From: a virus
Lineage: Duplodnaviria; Caudoviricetes
Reading direction: 5' to 3' (one strand)
Virus record (IMG/VR): IMGVR_UViG_3300027640_000006
Location: 1-44,332 of that record
Length of the DNA: 44,332 nt
The notes below the pieces were generated by a model. That model saw nothing but the letters and a program-made list of their open reading frames with translations, had not been told where the DNA came from and made no database searches. A program made the position numbers and the translations under genes. How positions within the stretch are numbered: the stretch's first letter is position 1; each line of letters begins with the position of its first letter. Below are positions 8,629 through 17,475 of this stretch, piece after piece.

Positions 8629-10697
8629 CCAGGCGGCGCCCCGTCAGTCGCGGCTGGGATCTGAACCTCACTCCCGATCCGGTCCAGGAGGACGACGCCC
8701 ATCCGCCAAAGCCGGGCGTCACGACCGAGACGCGGCCGTTCGACACGCAGATCCCGACCTCGGCGGCCGAGGGGCCGGTGCCGTTCCGTTTCGGGCTCCA
8801 GAAGCGATCGGGAAAGCTCCAGTACGTCTTCGTGAAGCCGGTCACCGTCGCGGGCTACTCCTTCTATGACGAGGACGTCTGGCTCGTGATCGAGCACTGT
8901 GTCGGAGAGATCGACGCGATGCTGGGGATGTCCATCGACGGGAAGCCGCCGGACCTCGGATCCGTCGAGGTGTGGCACCACCTCGGGACGACGACCCAGG
9001 GAGTGGACCCGAACCTGGCCGCCGTCGACCCGAGCTGGAATGAGGACTTCGTCATCCGCGAGGACGACGTCTACCACAACGGCAGCTCGACGCCCGTGCG
9101 TGGAGTCGCCTACTCCGTAGTGGTCTTTCGGAAGATCGGAGCCCGCTTCCCCAACGGCATGCCGGCCATCGAGTTCGAGTATCGCGCGATGAAGCCGCTC
9201 GATCCCAGAACCGGCACGAGGCCTTGGTCGACCAACCCGTGGGTGCAGTGGTACGAGTGGACCACGCATCCGCTCGGCCGAGCTCGCGCGACGGCCGAGA
9301 TCAACACCGCGAAGCTGATCACCGCCTGCAATGTCGCCGACGAGGTAATGGCGGACGGATCGCCGCGATACGAGTCCCATCTGTCGATCGAGAACGAAGC
9401 GACTCCGGACGACTGGGACCGCGTGTTCCAGCTCCTAACGGACGGCTACATGCCGCGATCGGGAGGACAGATCCAGCCGTACAGCGACCGCCCCGCCGCG
9501 GTCGTCGCGAGCTACTCCGATGCGGACCTCCTGCTCGCCGACCCTCCGGCCGGCCGGTCGGACGAAGAGAGGCCGAACCACGTCGTCATCCGCTTCACTG
9601 AGGTTCACCTCGAGACGATCTGGCCCAATCCCGCCGCCGTATACGTCTGGGATGCCCAGGCTAAAGAGGAGGCGATGACGGTCGAGGCGCTCGACCCGGC
9701 GCATCGCCGGACGGCGACCTACGATCTGCCGTGGATCCACAACCGCGGCCGCGCGAAGCGCCTCGCGGTGTACCTGGCGAATAACGGTTTCTTCGACTTC
9801 ACGGCTTCGCCGCACTTCAAGCCGCTGTTCGGAGAGCGCGTCATCGGCGACGTGATCGACCTCTCTATCGGCGCCTTCGGCCTCGGTCCGCAGCCCTTCC
9901 GCGTGCGAGACATCGAGCGGCTGCCGGATGGATCCTGCCGGCCGCTACTGGTGGAGTACTCCGACGCTCGCTTCTCCGAAGAGGTGCTCGCCGAAGCCTC
10001 GCCGATCGCCTCGGTCGTGCCCAGCCCGGGCGGGGCGCTGCCGCCGCCGGCGAACGCCCAGGCGGTGGTCGAGGGGTACGACGACGACACCGGGCACCAC
10101 GTGCGCGCCCGAGTCACATGGGATCCGATCACGGCGCTGTATTTCGACGCGGTCGAGATCCGCTACTCGATCGACGGAGGGACGGAGCGGGAAGCGCCGG
10201 ACTCGCGCACCGGACCGGTCCTGCTGCCCGCGACCGAGGGGGCTGCGGTGCAGATCACTCTTCGCAGCCGGAGCGCGGCGGGGATCCTCTCCGATCCGGT
10301 GATTCTCAACGCGAACGCGGCGATCCCCGCGCCGCCCGAGGTTCTGAATCTTCGGTTCATTGGAGACATGCTCGCATGGGACTGGCCGGAAGCCGGCGGC
10401 GTACCTTACCCGCACGTGAGGGAGTTTCGCGTCTACGACGCCAACCGTGAGGCCGCCCGGAAAGGGACACCAGAGGCGCACCGGGTCCGTCTGAATCTCG
10501 AAGACGAAGTTGGTCCGGATCGTGGGATCGGCCAGGATGGCAACGATCGCTGGATCCATCAGAAGTTCCCCTCGATCGATCGGCGGTTCTTGCGGATCGT
10601 CTGGATCGCATCATTCGCGGCCGCGGCTCGGAGCGCGAGACCGACGCCATCCATGAAGTCCTTCACATCGCCTGTCACCTCGATCACCGGTTTCTGA
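8625..10697 (+). CDS. Tail tip/host-specificity (J-like) protein: 5' part of split gene
   Basis: TTGA overlap start; GVAYSVV, WSTNP and PNHVVIRF motifs plus FN3-like repeats; native sequence ends near 10441, and the remainder is read-through antisense to the next gene start and the tape measure end. Confidence 0.85.
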   Translation: MTRRRPVSRGWDLNLTPDPVQEDDAHPPKPGVTTETRPFDTQIPTSAAEGPVPFRFGLQKRSGKLQYVFVKPVTVAGYSFYDEDVWLVIEHCVGEIDAMLGMSIDGKPPDLGSVEVWHHLGTTTQGVDPNLAAVDPSWNEDFVIREDDVYHNGSSTPVRGVAYSVVVFRKIGARFPNGMPAIEFEYRAMKPLDPRTGTRPWSTNPWVQWYEWTTHPLGRARATAEINTAKLITACNVADEVMADGSPRYESHLSIENEATPDDWDRVFQLLTDGYMPRSGGQIQPYSDRPAAVVASYSDADLLLADPPAGRSDEERPNHVVIRFTEVHLETIWPNPAAVYVWDAQAKEEAMTVEALDPAHRRTATYDLPWIHNRGRAKRLAVYLANNGFFDFTASPHFKPLFGERVIGDVIDLSIGAFGLGPQPFRVRDIERLPDGSCRPLLVEYSDARFSEEVLAEASPIASVVPSPGGALPPPANAQAVVEGYDDDTGHHVRARVTWDPITALYFDAVEIRYSIDGGTEREAPDSRTGPVLLPATEGAAVQITLRSRSAAGILSDPVILNANAAIPAPPEVLNLRFIGDMLAWDWPEAGGVPYPHVREFRVYDANREAARKGTPEAHRVRLNLEDEVGPDRGIGQDGNDRWIHQKFPSIDRRFLRIVWIASFAAAARSARPTPSMKSFTSPVTSITGF
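10436..10559 (-). pseudogene. 5' part (41 codons) of split tail hub-like gene
   Basis: TGATG-coupled to the tape measure stop; MDPAIVAILADPTIRTNFVFEIQTDPVRLWCPFPGGLTVGV, then runs into antisense junk. Confidence 0.8.
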
Positions 10698-13600
10698 TCC
10701 TTGAGCGCTTCGAGTGCGGAGCGGATGTCTTCGAGGAGCGCGGTCTGGGCGTGGCTCTCCGCGAGGACCGCGTCGGAGGTGACTCCGATCTGATTCTCGG
10801 GCAGGTCCGGGTTGAGAGGCGGCGGCACGTCGCCGTCTATCGGATCCGGCAGAGGATCGCCTGGCGTGAGCGCGTCGGCCGCTCCCTTGAGCAGCTCGGC
10901 CGCCTCGAGCATCGTGTCGGCGACGAGCTGGTCCTGCGCCGCAGCCGCCTCTCGGGCGGCCTGGAGCTTCTCCGTGGCGAAGGCCTCGGTGTCGCCCAGA
11001 ACGCCGAGGAGCTGATCGCGGAGCGCGGCATCATCCGGAGCGAGGCTGAACGCCTGGCCGACGTAGCCCTGAATCTTCTGCACCAGCTCCTGGATCTCCT
11101 GAGGATCGGTTGCGGAGAGGAGCTGAGTCCGTAGGGAGTTGAGCCGCTCCTCGATGTATTCGATCTTGCCGGGATCGTCGAGGCCGGCCATCTCGATCTG
11201 CTCGCGCTGCGCCTGGATCGAGTCGTGGATCGACTTCTGAATCGCGTCGATCTGCTGGAGGTACTGGATCTCCATCTCGTAGCGCTGCCGCGCCATGTCG
11301 TTGATCCGCGCCTGGGCGGCGACCTGGTCCTCGAGATCGAGCCCGGCGAGAGAGGCCACCGCCGTCGCGATCTGGGAGTCGGCCTCTTTGATCCGATCGA
11401 GACCGGTCATGCCCGAACGCCGGCGCGCCTCGCCGAGCCGGTCCTCGAAGGGAGCGGAAAGGAGGTCGCCGAGCTCGATCGAGTCCGTCAGGACGGTGAC
11501 GTACTGCATCACGGCCGCGCGGAGCTCCTCGCCGGTGAGGCTGCCCCAGTACTCCATGAGCTCACCGAGCTGCGCCGTCTCCACGCCGAGCGCCTCGAGT
11601 CCGATCTCGAGCGCTGGCTTGTAGGCGTCGAAGACGGCCGCCGGCAGCTCCTCGTTGAGGAAGTCCGAGAGCATGAGGAAGGCGCTGTCGTCGGAGATGT
11701 CGTCCGCCTCGAGGCGCGTCGTCGCGTCGATCGAGCCCACCGCCTGGCGCATCCGCTCGCGGACTTCCTCCGGGAACATCTCGATCAGGTCGGTCCAGCC
11801 CTTGGTCAGATCGTCGAGGTGATCCTGAATGTCACCGGTGAGGGCGTACCGCCCTTCCCGGCTGATCCCCTTCTCGGCGACGCTCGTGACGCCGTCCTGA
11901 ATGGCGACGTTGATCCAGTCCTGAGATTTCTCGACGAGGGATCCGATGAGGGTTCCGAACAGCGACCCGAGGATCCCGCCGAGCGGTCCGAAGGCGCCGC
12001 CGATCGCGCCGCCGATCGTCCCGCCGAGCCCCCCATGGTTGTCCTCGCTCCCGAAGATCCCGCCGACCATCGAGCCGACGCCGGCGCCGGCGAGAGCGCC
12101 GTTCACGCCTCCACCCTGCATGGAGTCCCAGATGCCCTTGAACTGCGAACCGAGCGACTCGCCCTGGGTGATCGCCTTGGTGAACATGTCGGAGATCCGC
12201 TGCGACCAGATCTTCTGGAGGTTCTTCGTGAAGTTCTCGAAGACGCTCATCAGGTCGCCGTCGCCCGAGAACAGCCCTTCGAACATCTCGTCGAAGGCGC
12301 CGCGCAGCGCACCCGTCGTCTCAACCAGCGCCGAGCCGATCGCGTCGGCCGTGCTCATGAAGGAGGCGGTGATCTGCTCGTTGACCTTCTCCGCCCACGC
12401 CGCGGTGCCGGTCATCTGCTCTTGCTTCTTCCGCTCGGCGTCCGCGTGCGCCCGCTCGACCAAGCGGATCCGCTCGGCCTCGATGACTCCGAGCCGCTTG
12501 AGGAGCTCCTCGCGCTGCTCTTCCGTCTTGAGCGACTCCTGGGCGCGCGACCGCTCGGCCTCAGCCCACTCCTCGGCCGCGTGGACTCGCTCCTCGCGCT
12601 CGCGCTCGATGACGTCCTTGATCGCGGCGATTCGCTCCTCTTCGATGCTCGCCGTGATGGCCGCCCGCATCTCCTCGGTCGCCCGGTGATCCTCGACAGC
12701 CTGGGCGTTGATCTCAGCGCGGACTCCCAGGTGCTCGAGCAGAGCCTTCTCGGCCTCCGCGAGCGCCTTCTTCATGTCCTCGTCGATCGCCCGCTGCGCG
12801 CGGTCATCGAAACCGGCGTTAACCATCTCCCGATCGGCTGCCAGCTGGCCGGGCGAGATCACGCCTTTGAGCTTCTTCTGCGTGTCCTCCAACTTGTCGA
12901 TCGCCGCGCGCCGGTCCTTCTCGATCTTGGCCAGCGTCTCGGCCAGGGGATCGCCGGCGGCCTCGGCTTCGGTGCGGAAGTCCTCCACCCAGCGCAGGTA
13001 GTCCTCGCGCATCTCGTCGAGCTTCTCGAGCTTCTTGCGTGCGGCATCGTCTTCGCCGCCTCCCGATCCACCGCCCGCCGCCGTGACGGTCGGCTTCGGG
13101 GTCGGCGGGAAGTTGTGAAGCTCCGGACCGGGCGCGCGCTTGGCGTTTTGTTCGGCCCGCATCTCGCGCTCGATCTGGATCCAGCGGTCGCCGAAGCCCA
13201 TCATCAGGTCGGCTCGGTTCGCGGCATCGGCTCCCGGAATCATGCTCTTCCAGCTCGTGCGGAAGGTTTCCGCCTCCTTGTAGGACTGCTTTACCGCCTC
13301 GAAGAAGGAGCCATAAGTGATCTTCAGATCGTCGAGATCCTGAATGAACTGGACCACACCTTTGGCCACCGAAAAGAAGGCGGTCGCGATCGCTTCGACT
13401 CCTGCGAGGAAGTCCTCGTTAAAGGTCGCGTTTCCAGCCTCATCGAAATGAACGATCTCCGCAGTCAGCTCGCGCAGCATCTGAGTGGCAGGGCTGAGGT
13501 GATCCTCGGTAGCCGCGCCGAGCGCCTGGCTGAATGCGTCCTTCAGGTTCGACAGAGCGCCCCCGAAGGTGTTGCTCATCTCCTCACCGGCCCGGGTGAA

Positions 13601-14335
13601 GGAGCTCATCTTCTCCATCATGAAGTCGTAGAACTTGCCGGAGTCCTTGAGCTCCTGGACGAACGCACGCACGTTTTTCTGGCCGGAGAAGAACATCTGC
13701 GCCAGGCGCGAGTCCGGGCCGATGTCCCCCTGGAAGAGCGCCCGGATCTCCTGGCCGAGCTGCTGCATCGGCACGCCGATCGCGCCGGCCGACTGCGCGA
13801 CGGCGGTCGTGAACTCTACGATCTGCTCAGGATCGAAGGCAGCTTGAAGCGCCGGACCGACGCTGAACTGCATCGCCTGTACGAGGTCCTCATACTCGGC
13901 GGTCGTCTGGAGAGCCTTGATCTTCAGGCGCTCCTGCATCTCTTCCGAGATTGCGAGCGAAGCCTGCCAGGCGGCCTCGCCTTCGACCCTGCGCCCCTGA
14001 GCATCGACGATCTCACCGAAGGAGGAAACGAGAGAAGCGATGCCGAGCCTGCTCTGCTCGAGCATCGAGTTGTATTCGATGCCGGTCCTCACGAGAGAGG
14101 CGGCGCCCGTCACCACCTCCTTGATCGCCCAGGCGCCGATGAATGCCTTCACGGCCGACGCTGCGGAAGACATCGATCCGGAGAGCGACTGCATCGAACG
14201 AGAGGCCTGGTCGGCGCCTCTGGCCGCCTCGGCCCCTTCCTTGCCCAGCTTGTCGAGTCCCTTCGCGACGTTCTCGATCTCGACCGTGCCGTCCGCTTTC
14301 GTGCGGATCCGGATCGTCATCACCTGGTCAGCCAC
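10559..14335 (-). CDS. Tail tape measure protein
   Basis: 1258 aa, Ala/Glu-rich helical with a Gly-rich hydrophobic segment; follows the chaperones. Confidence 0.93.
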   Translation of the reverse strand: MADQVMTIRIRTKADGTVEIENVAKGLDKLGKEGAEAARGADQASRSMQSLSGSMSSAASAVKAFIGAWAIKEVVTGAASLVRTGIEYNSMLEQSRLGIASLVSSFGEIVDAQGRRVEGEAAWQASLAISEEMQERLKIKALQTTAEYEDLVQAMQFSVGPALQAAFDPEQIVEFTTAVAQSAGAIGVPMQQLGQEIRALFQGDIGPDSRLAQMFFSGQKNVRAFVQELKDSGKFYDFMMEKMSSFTRAGEEMSNTFGGALSNLKDAFSQALGAATEDHLSPATQMLRELTAEIVHFDEAGNATFNEDFLAGVEAIATAFFSVAKGVVQFIQDLDDLKITYGSFFEAVKQSYKEAETFRTSWKSMIPGADAANRADLMMGFGDRWIQIEREMRAEQNAKRAPGPELHNFPPTPKPTVTAAGGGSGGGEDDAARKKLEKLDEMREDYLRWVEDFRTEAEAAGDPLAETLAKIEKDRRAAIDKLEDTQKKLKGVISPGQLAADREMVNAGFDDRAQRAIDEDMKKALAEAEKALLEHLGVRAEINAQAVEDHRATEEMRAAITASIEEERIAAIKDVIEREREERVHAAEEWAEAERSRAQESLKTEEQREELLKRLGVIEAERIRLVERAHADAERKKQEQMTGTAAWAEKVNEQITASFMSTADAIGSALVETTGALRGAFDEMFEGLFSGDGDLMSVFENFTKNLQKIWSQRISDMFTKAITQGESLGSQFKGIWDSMQGGGVNGALAGAGVGSMVGGIFGSEDNHGGLGGTIGGAIGGAFGPLGGILGSLFGTLIGSLVEKSQDWINVAIQDGVTSVAEKGISREGRYALTGDIQDHLDDLTKGWTDLIEMFPEEVRERMRQAVGSIDATTRLEADDISDDSAFLMLSDFLNEELPAAVFDAYKPALEIGLEALGVETAQLGELMEYWGSLTGEELRAAVMQYVTVLTDSIELGDLLSAPFEDRLGEARRRSGMTGLDRIKEADSQIATAVASLAGLDLEDQVAAQARINDMARQRYEMEIQYLQQIDAIQKSIHDSIQAQREQIEMAGLDDPGKIEYIEERLNSLRTQLLSATDPQEIQELVQKIQGYVGQAFSLAPDDAALRDQLLGVLGDTEAFATEKLQAAREAAAAQDQLVADTMLEAAELLKGAADALTPGDPLPDPIDGDVPPPLNPDLPENQIGVTSDAVLAESHAQTALLEDIRSALEALKDQKPVIEVTGDVKDFMDGVGLALRAAAANDAIQTIRKNRRSIEGNF

Positions 14336-14711
14336 GCTTCCCCCTCTGCCGCCCGTTGAACCAAGTCACGAACATCCGCTCGAGCATCCGGACCATGTCG
14401 AAGATCTCGAGCCGGTCTTCCTCGGGGATCCGCCGGAGCTCGAGCTGCCTGAACACCGCTTCGTGCGAGATCCCCATCATCACCACCCCGAACCCGGAGC
14501 TCGCGATCACCTGCGAGCGCACCGCGTCGAAGATCTGCCACGCCTCCCGCGCCTCCGGAAAGACGAGTGGAGGCGGCGTCTTCACCTCTACCTTCTGGCG
14601 CCTGATCCCACGTCTGAGCTCTGCCTCTTTCTCCCGGGCTGCAGCGAGCCGCGCTTTCGGCGACTTCGGCGGCGGCCCGAAATACCACTCAGCGTGGGTC
14701 AGGAGTTTTTT
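14328..14711 (-). CDS. Tail assembly chaperone GT extension (-1 frameshift frame, DUF1799-like)
   Basis: Frame KLLTHAEWYFG...EAWQIFDAVRSQ...MVRMLE entered at slippery A AAA AAC. Confidence 0.8.
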   Translation of the reverse strand, partial: KKLLTHAEWYFGPPPKSPKARLAAAREKEAELRRGIRRQKVEVKTPPPLVFPEAREAWQIFDAVRSQVIASSGFGVVMMGISHEAVFRQLELRRIPEEDRLEIFDMVRMLERMFVTWFNGRQRGKRG

Positions 14712-15190
14712 CGCTGTTCCTCCCTCAGAAGATCCGTCACCCGGCGAACCTCTTCGGCAATCCAGACGTAGAGCGGCTGAGGAACGGCCCGCTTCTCGAT
14801 CCGATGCGTCGGCTCGCCCTCCTTCGGGTTCTCCACCGGGATCCGGACCTCGGCCTCGGTCGTTCCGATGTAGCTGCGCACGAGAAACTCGATGTTCTCC
14901 TGCGTCGATGCCATCGGGACGGAGGTCCCGTCGTCGAGCTGCTCGTTGATCGCTTCGATCGATTTCACCTTCCGGATCGCGCGATCGATGACGGCGTCGA
15001 CGTTCTGCCGGGTCTTCGCGACCGGCATCCCGGTCTTCACGTTGTAGACGAGCTGACCGTCGTGCGTGACGTACTCCGTCGTCACGAACTCGGCGAGCTC
15101 CTTGAGCTCGTCGCCCTTCGCCGGCAGGAGGTAGAACACCCCTCCGTCCGGATGCTCGCATCTGAACACTCGCTCTCTGAACACTCGCAT
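14699..15190 (-). CDS. Tail assembly chaperone G
   Basis: 163 aa; GAGGAGGG RBS; ends CGA AAA AAC TCC TGA. Confidence 0.82.
   Translation of the reverse strand: MRVFRERVFRCEHPDGGVFYLLPAKGDELKELAEFVTTEYVTHDGQLVYNVKTGMPVAKTRQNVDAVIDRAIRKVKSIEAINEQLDDGTSVPMASTQENIEFLVRSYIGTTEAEVRIPVENPKEGEPTHRIEKRAVPQPLYVWIAEEVRRVTDLLREEQRKNS
14705..14711 (-). promoter_or_regulatory. Programmed -1 frameshift slippery site A AAA AAC
   Basis: X XXY YYZ heptamer in the correct phase just before the G stop, upstream of the tape measure gene. Confidence 0.85.
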
Positions 15191-15259
15191 GTGCTGGGTC
15201 TCCCTCCTCGAATCTCCTCGGCCGAGCCGGATGGCCGCTCGGCCGAGGAGAACCGGGGA

Positions 15260-15290
15260 GGCGGCGCCGGATCCCGGCGCCGCCCTTTTC
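15260..15290. terminator. GC-rich hairpin, possible terminator
   Basis: GGCGGCGCCGG-ATC-CCGGCGCCGCC followed by CTTTTC on the + strand. Confidence 0.5.
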
Positions 15291-15294
15291 GAAA

Positions 15295-15714
15295 TCAGAT
15301 CGCTCCGTCGGCGCGAAGTTGCGCGGCCACCGTCGCGAATCGCAGCGTGGTCGTAATGAAGAGAGACCAATCGAAGCCGGGACTCGCACGTGCCATGGCG
15401 GCGACGTCGCGGAATCTGCAGATCGTCCGGCCGACCTCGTCGAGCTTCGGCAGGTGCTCATCCAGATCGAGAAGAAGTGTCTTCTGCCTATCCGGGATAA
15501 GCGGCGTTGCCGTGCCGTCTTCGAGTGTCACCTGGTCGTCCCAGTGAGCGATCGCCCAGGTGCGATAGGCGACCACGTTGGGACGCGCGTCGGTGTAGAA
15601 GTCGCACGCCGCAGCGAGCGTTTCGCCCACCTCCGCGGGCGGCCCGGTCGAGGCGCATGCCGTGGTGAGCATGAGCGCCACGACCAGGAAGAGGACCGAG
15701 AGAGTCTTTCGCAT
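15295..15714 (-). CDS. Lipoprotein
   Basis: 139 aa; AAGGAAAGGA RBS; MRKTLSVLFLVVALMLTTA-C lipobox. Confidence 0.8.
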   Translation of the reverse strand: MRKTLSVLFLVVALMLTTACASTGPPAEVGETLAAACDFYTDARPNVVAYRTWAIAHWDDQVTLEDGTATPLIPDRQKTLLLDLDEHLPKLDEVGRTICRFRDVAAMARASPGFDWSLFITTTLRFATVAAQLRADGAI

Positions 15715-15788
15715 GTGCTGTCCTTTCCTCCTTGTCGAGTGAGTTACGGTGCGGCGGCCCCCCGCTAGTCGGGAGCCGCCGCGAGGGA

Positions 15789-16724
15789 TCACGCGTAGCT
15801 GGCGACGGCGTTGATGAGGGTCCACTTGACTGGCGCGTCGACGTTGCCGGCGTACACGGAGTCGTAGTTGAACGTGATCATGATTCCGTCGTCCGTCCGC
15901 TGCCAGTCGGCGATTTCAAGCTGGATCTCCGGCAGGAGCGTCTCGAGCGAGTCGGCGCCGTTCGAGAGGGTCGCCTTGATCTCGCCGAGCGTCTTGGCTT
16001 CCGCCTTCGCCGCCATGGCCTCGCTCTCGAAGTAGGCCTCGATGGTCCCAGAGACGCCGATCGCTCCGATGCGCGCGGCCGTCGCCTTGCCGTTGCCGTT
16101 GTGAGCGCGCTTCCAGACGACGCTGCGCTCGAAGTTCACGCTCAGACTGGTAATGTCGGTCGTCGCGACCGCGTCCATCGTGAGCGCGATGTTCGCGTAC
16201 TCACCCGGGTCGCCCATGATCTCGGCCGCGGCGGCGTCGATCGCGGCGGCGTTCTTCTGCATGTCGCCGGACCCGGCCCAGCTCGTGCTGGCCGTGCAGA
16301 TCCCCTCGACGGGAAGATCCATCGAGAGCGAGGCGAGAACCATGTCGAGATACCGGCGCCAGAGCCCCTGGCCGACGATCCCCTTCTCGATGAGGTGGTA
16401 CAGGGGCGGCCCGACCTCCGGCACGTAAGCGTGGCTGTATGGCGCTCCGACTCCCGTGGTCGTCGGAGCTCCCGCGGCCGCCCGGAGCAGGTGGCCGATG
16501 AAGCTGAGGTTCGGCACGAGGCTCCCGCTGGCCTCGGTCGCGTGATTGCCGAGCGCGAACTTCCGCTTCCGGCCGTCGGCGAAGAGCTGCGGGTTCTCGA
16601 GCTTGTTCCGGGTGTGGGTCGCGTTGAACGCGGCCTCGCCGGGGATCAAAATGCCGGTCGCCGGCACCACGCCGAACGCTGCCTGGGCGTAGAGCGCATA
16701 CTGGGCTTCTTCCTGACTGAACAT
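15789..16724 (-). CDS. Major tail tube protein
   Basis: 311 aa, beta-rich, GVSGTIEAYFES; lies between the tail terminator and the chaperones; no sheath gene present. Confidence 0.85.
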   Translation of the reverse strand: MFSQEEAQYALYAQAAFGVVPATGILIPGEAAFNATHTRNKLENPQLFADGRKRKFALGNHATEASGSLVPNLSFIGHLLRAAAGAPTTTGVGAPYSHAYVPEVGPPLYHLIEKGIVGQGLWRRYLDMVLASLSMDLPVEGICTASTSWAGSGDMQKNAAAIDAAAAEIMGDPGEYANIALTMDAVATTDITSLSVNFERSVVWKRAHNGNGKATAARIGAIGVSGTIEAYFESEAMAAKAEAKTLGEIKATLSNGADSLETLLPEIQLEIADWQRTDDGIMITFNYDSVYAGNVDAPVKWTLINAVASYA

Positions 16725-16791
16725 AGTTGCCTGCCTCCCTCTCGCATCACTCCCGCCGGCGACTCGCCGTCAGGCACGTTGCTGGTTTTTG

Positions 16792-17031
16792 TTACTTGAC
16801 CTTCGAGAATCCGGGCTTCTTGAGAATGTGCGGTGCGAGCTGCACCGGAACCTCGCATCCCTTCGCGTCGCCGCGAGTGAACCGCCCGGCGCCGGCGATC
16901 GCCAGCACCGGGTAATTCCCGTCGTAGCGGATCCGCACCGTCTTTTCCTTCGGCTCCTCCGTGACCTCGACCGGCTCCGGGGCTTGGCTCGTTTCCTCGG
17001 GCTGAACTTCGGTGCTCTTTCCCTTCGACAT
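16792..17031 (-). CDS. Hypothetical virion-region protein
   Basis: 79 aa; GGAGG RBS. Confidence 0.7.
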   Translation of the reverse strand: MSKGKSTEVQPEETSQAPEPVEVTEEPKEKTVRIRYDGNYPVLAIAGAGRFTRGDAKGCEVPVQLAPHILKKPGFSKVK

Positions 17032-17040
17032 GTCTGCCTC

Positions 17041-17475
17041 CTATGCCGTGTAATCTGAAATGAATTGAGTTGAGAACCTGAGCTCGAACGCGACCCGCAC
17101 GTTCGACCTGGCGAAGAAGCGCTCGCTGAGAAATCGGACCTTCTTCTGCGCCCCCGTCGGCTTCCAGTCCACGAGCGCGATCTTTGCCTGGCGACGGATG
17201 GCCGCATTCGAGCTGCGCCCGGATGCTTTCGAGCCGAAGTTCTCCGTGACGATGACGACAGCCAGCTCGACGTCCTCGGTCTGCGCCTTGGAATTGATGA
17301 CGAGGCGTCCTTCGGAGCTCACCCGGGCCGTCATCGTGATCGCCGCCGGCACATTGCCGGACGCCTGGAGAGCCGACATGAGATCGTCCGCCCCCTCCGC
17401 GCGGCGAAGCGTGGGGATCTGTGCCTTGAGGCGCCCCTGCACCTCAGCTTCGAAGTCGTCGTAGTCCGGCGTCAT
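17041..17475 (-). CDS. Tail terminator (Mu gp37-like)
   Basis: 144 aa from ATGA overlap; AVVIVTEN...ALVDWKP...FELRFST. Confidence 0.75.
   Translation of the reverse strand: MTPDYDDFEAEVQGRLKAQIPTLRRAEGADDLMSALQASGNVPAAITMTARVSSEGRLVINSKAQTEDVELAVVIVTENFGSKASGRSSNAAIRRQAKIALVDWKPTGAQKKVRFLSERFFARSNVRVAFELRFSTQFISDYTA

Larger units (their letters stand above)
7635..10441. other. Inverted segment within tail module
   Basis: Three coupled + strand tail ORFs inside a minus-strand operon; bounded by GCGTCG (7635-7640) and CGACGC (10436-10441); re-inversion restores two ORFs. Confidence 0.9.

Noticed and set aside
9945-10435. Remainder of the 204-aa ORF 9945..10559
   Set aside because: Antisense to the J-like gene; only the first 41 codons appear native
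10442-10697. C-terminal ~85 aa of ORF 8625..10697
   Set aside because: Read-through beyond the inversion junction, antisense to the tape measure end and the next gene start
11225-14359. 1044-aa + strand ORF
   Set aside because: Antisense shadow of the GC-rich tape measure gene; same for 21709..23448, 23100..24227, 15732..16799 and 19881..20882
15789-17475. Contractile (Mu-type) tail
   Set aside because: No sheath or baseplate wedge genes; tube, G/GT, long tape measure and J-like tip indicate a siphovirus tail
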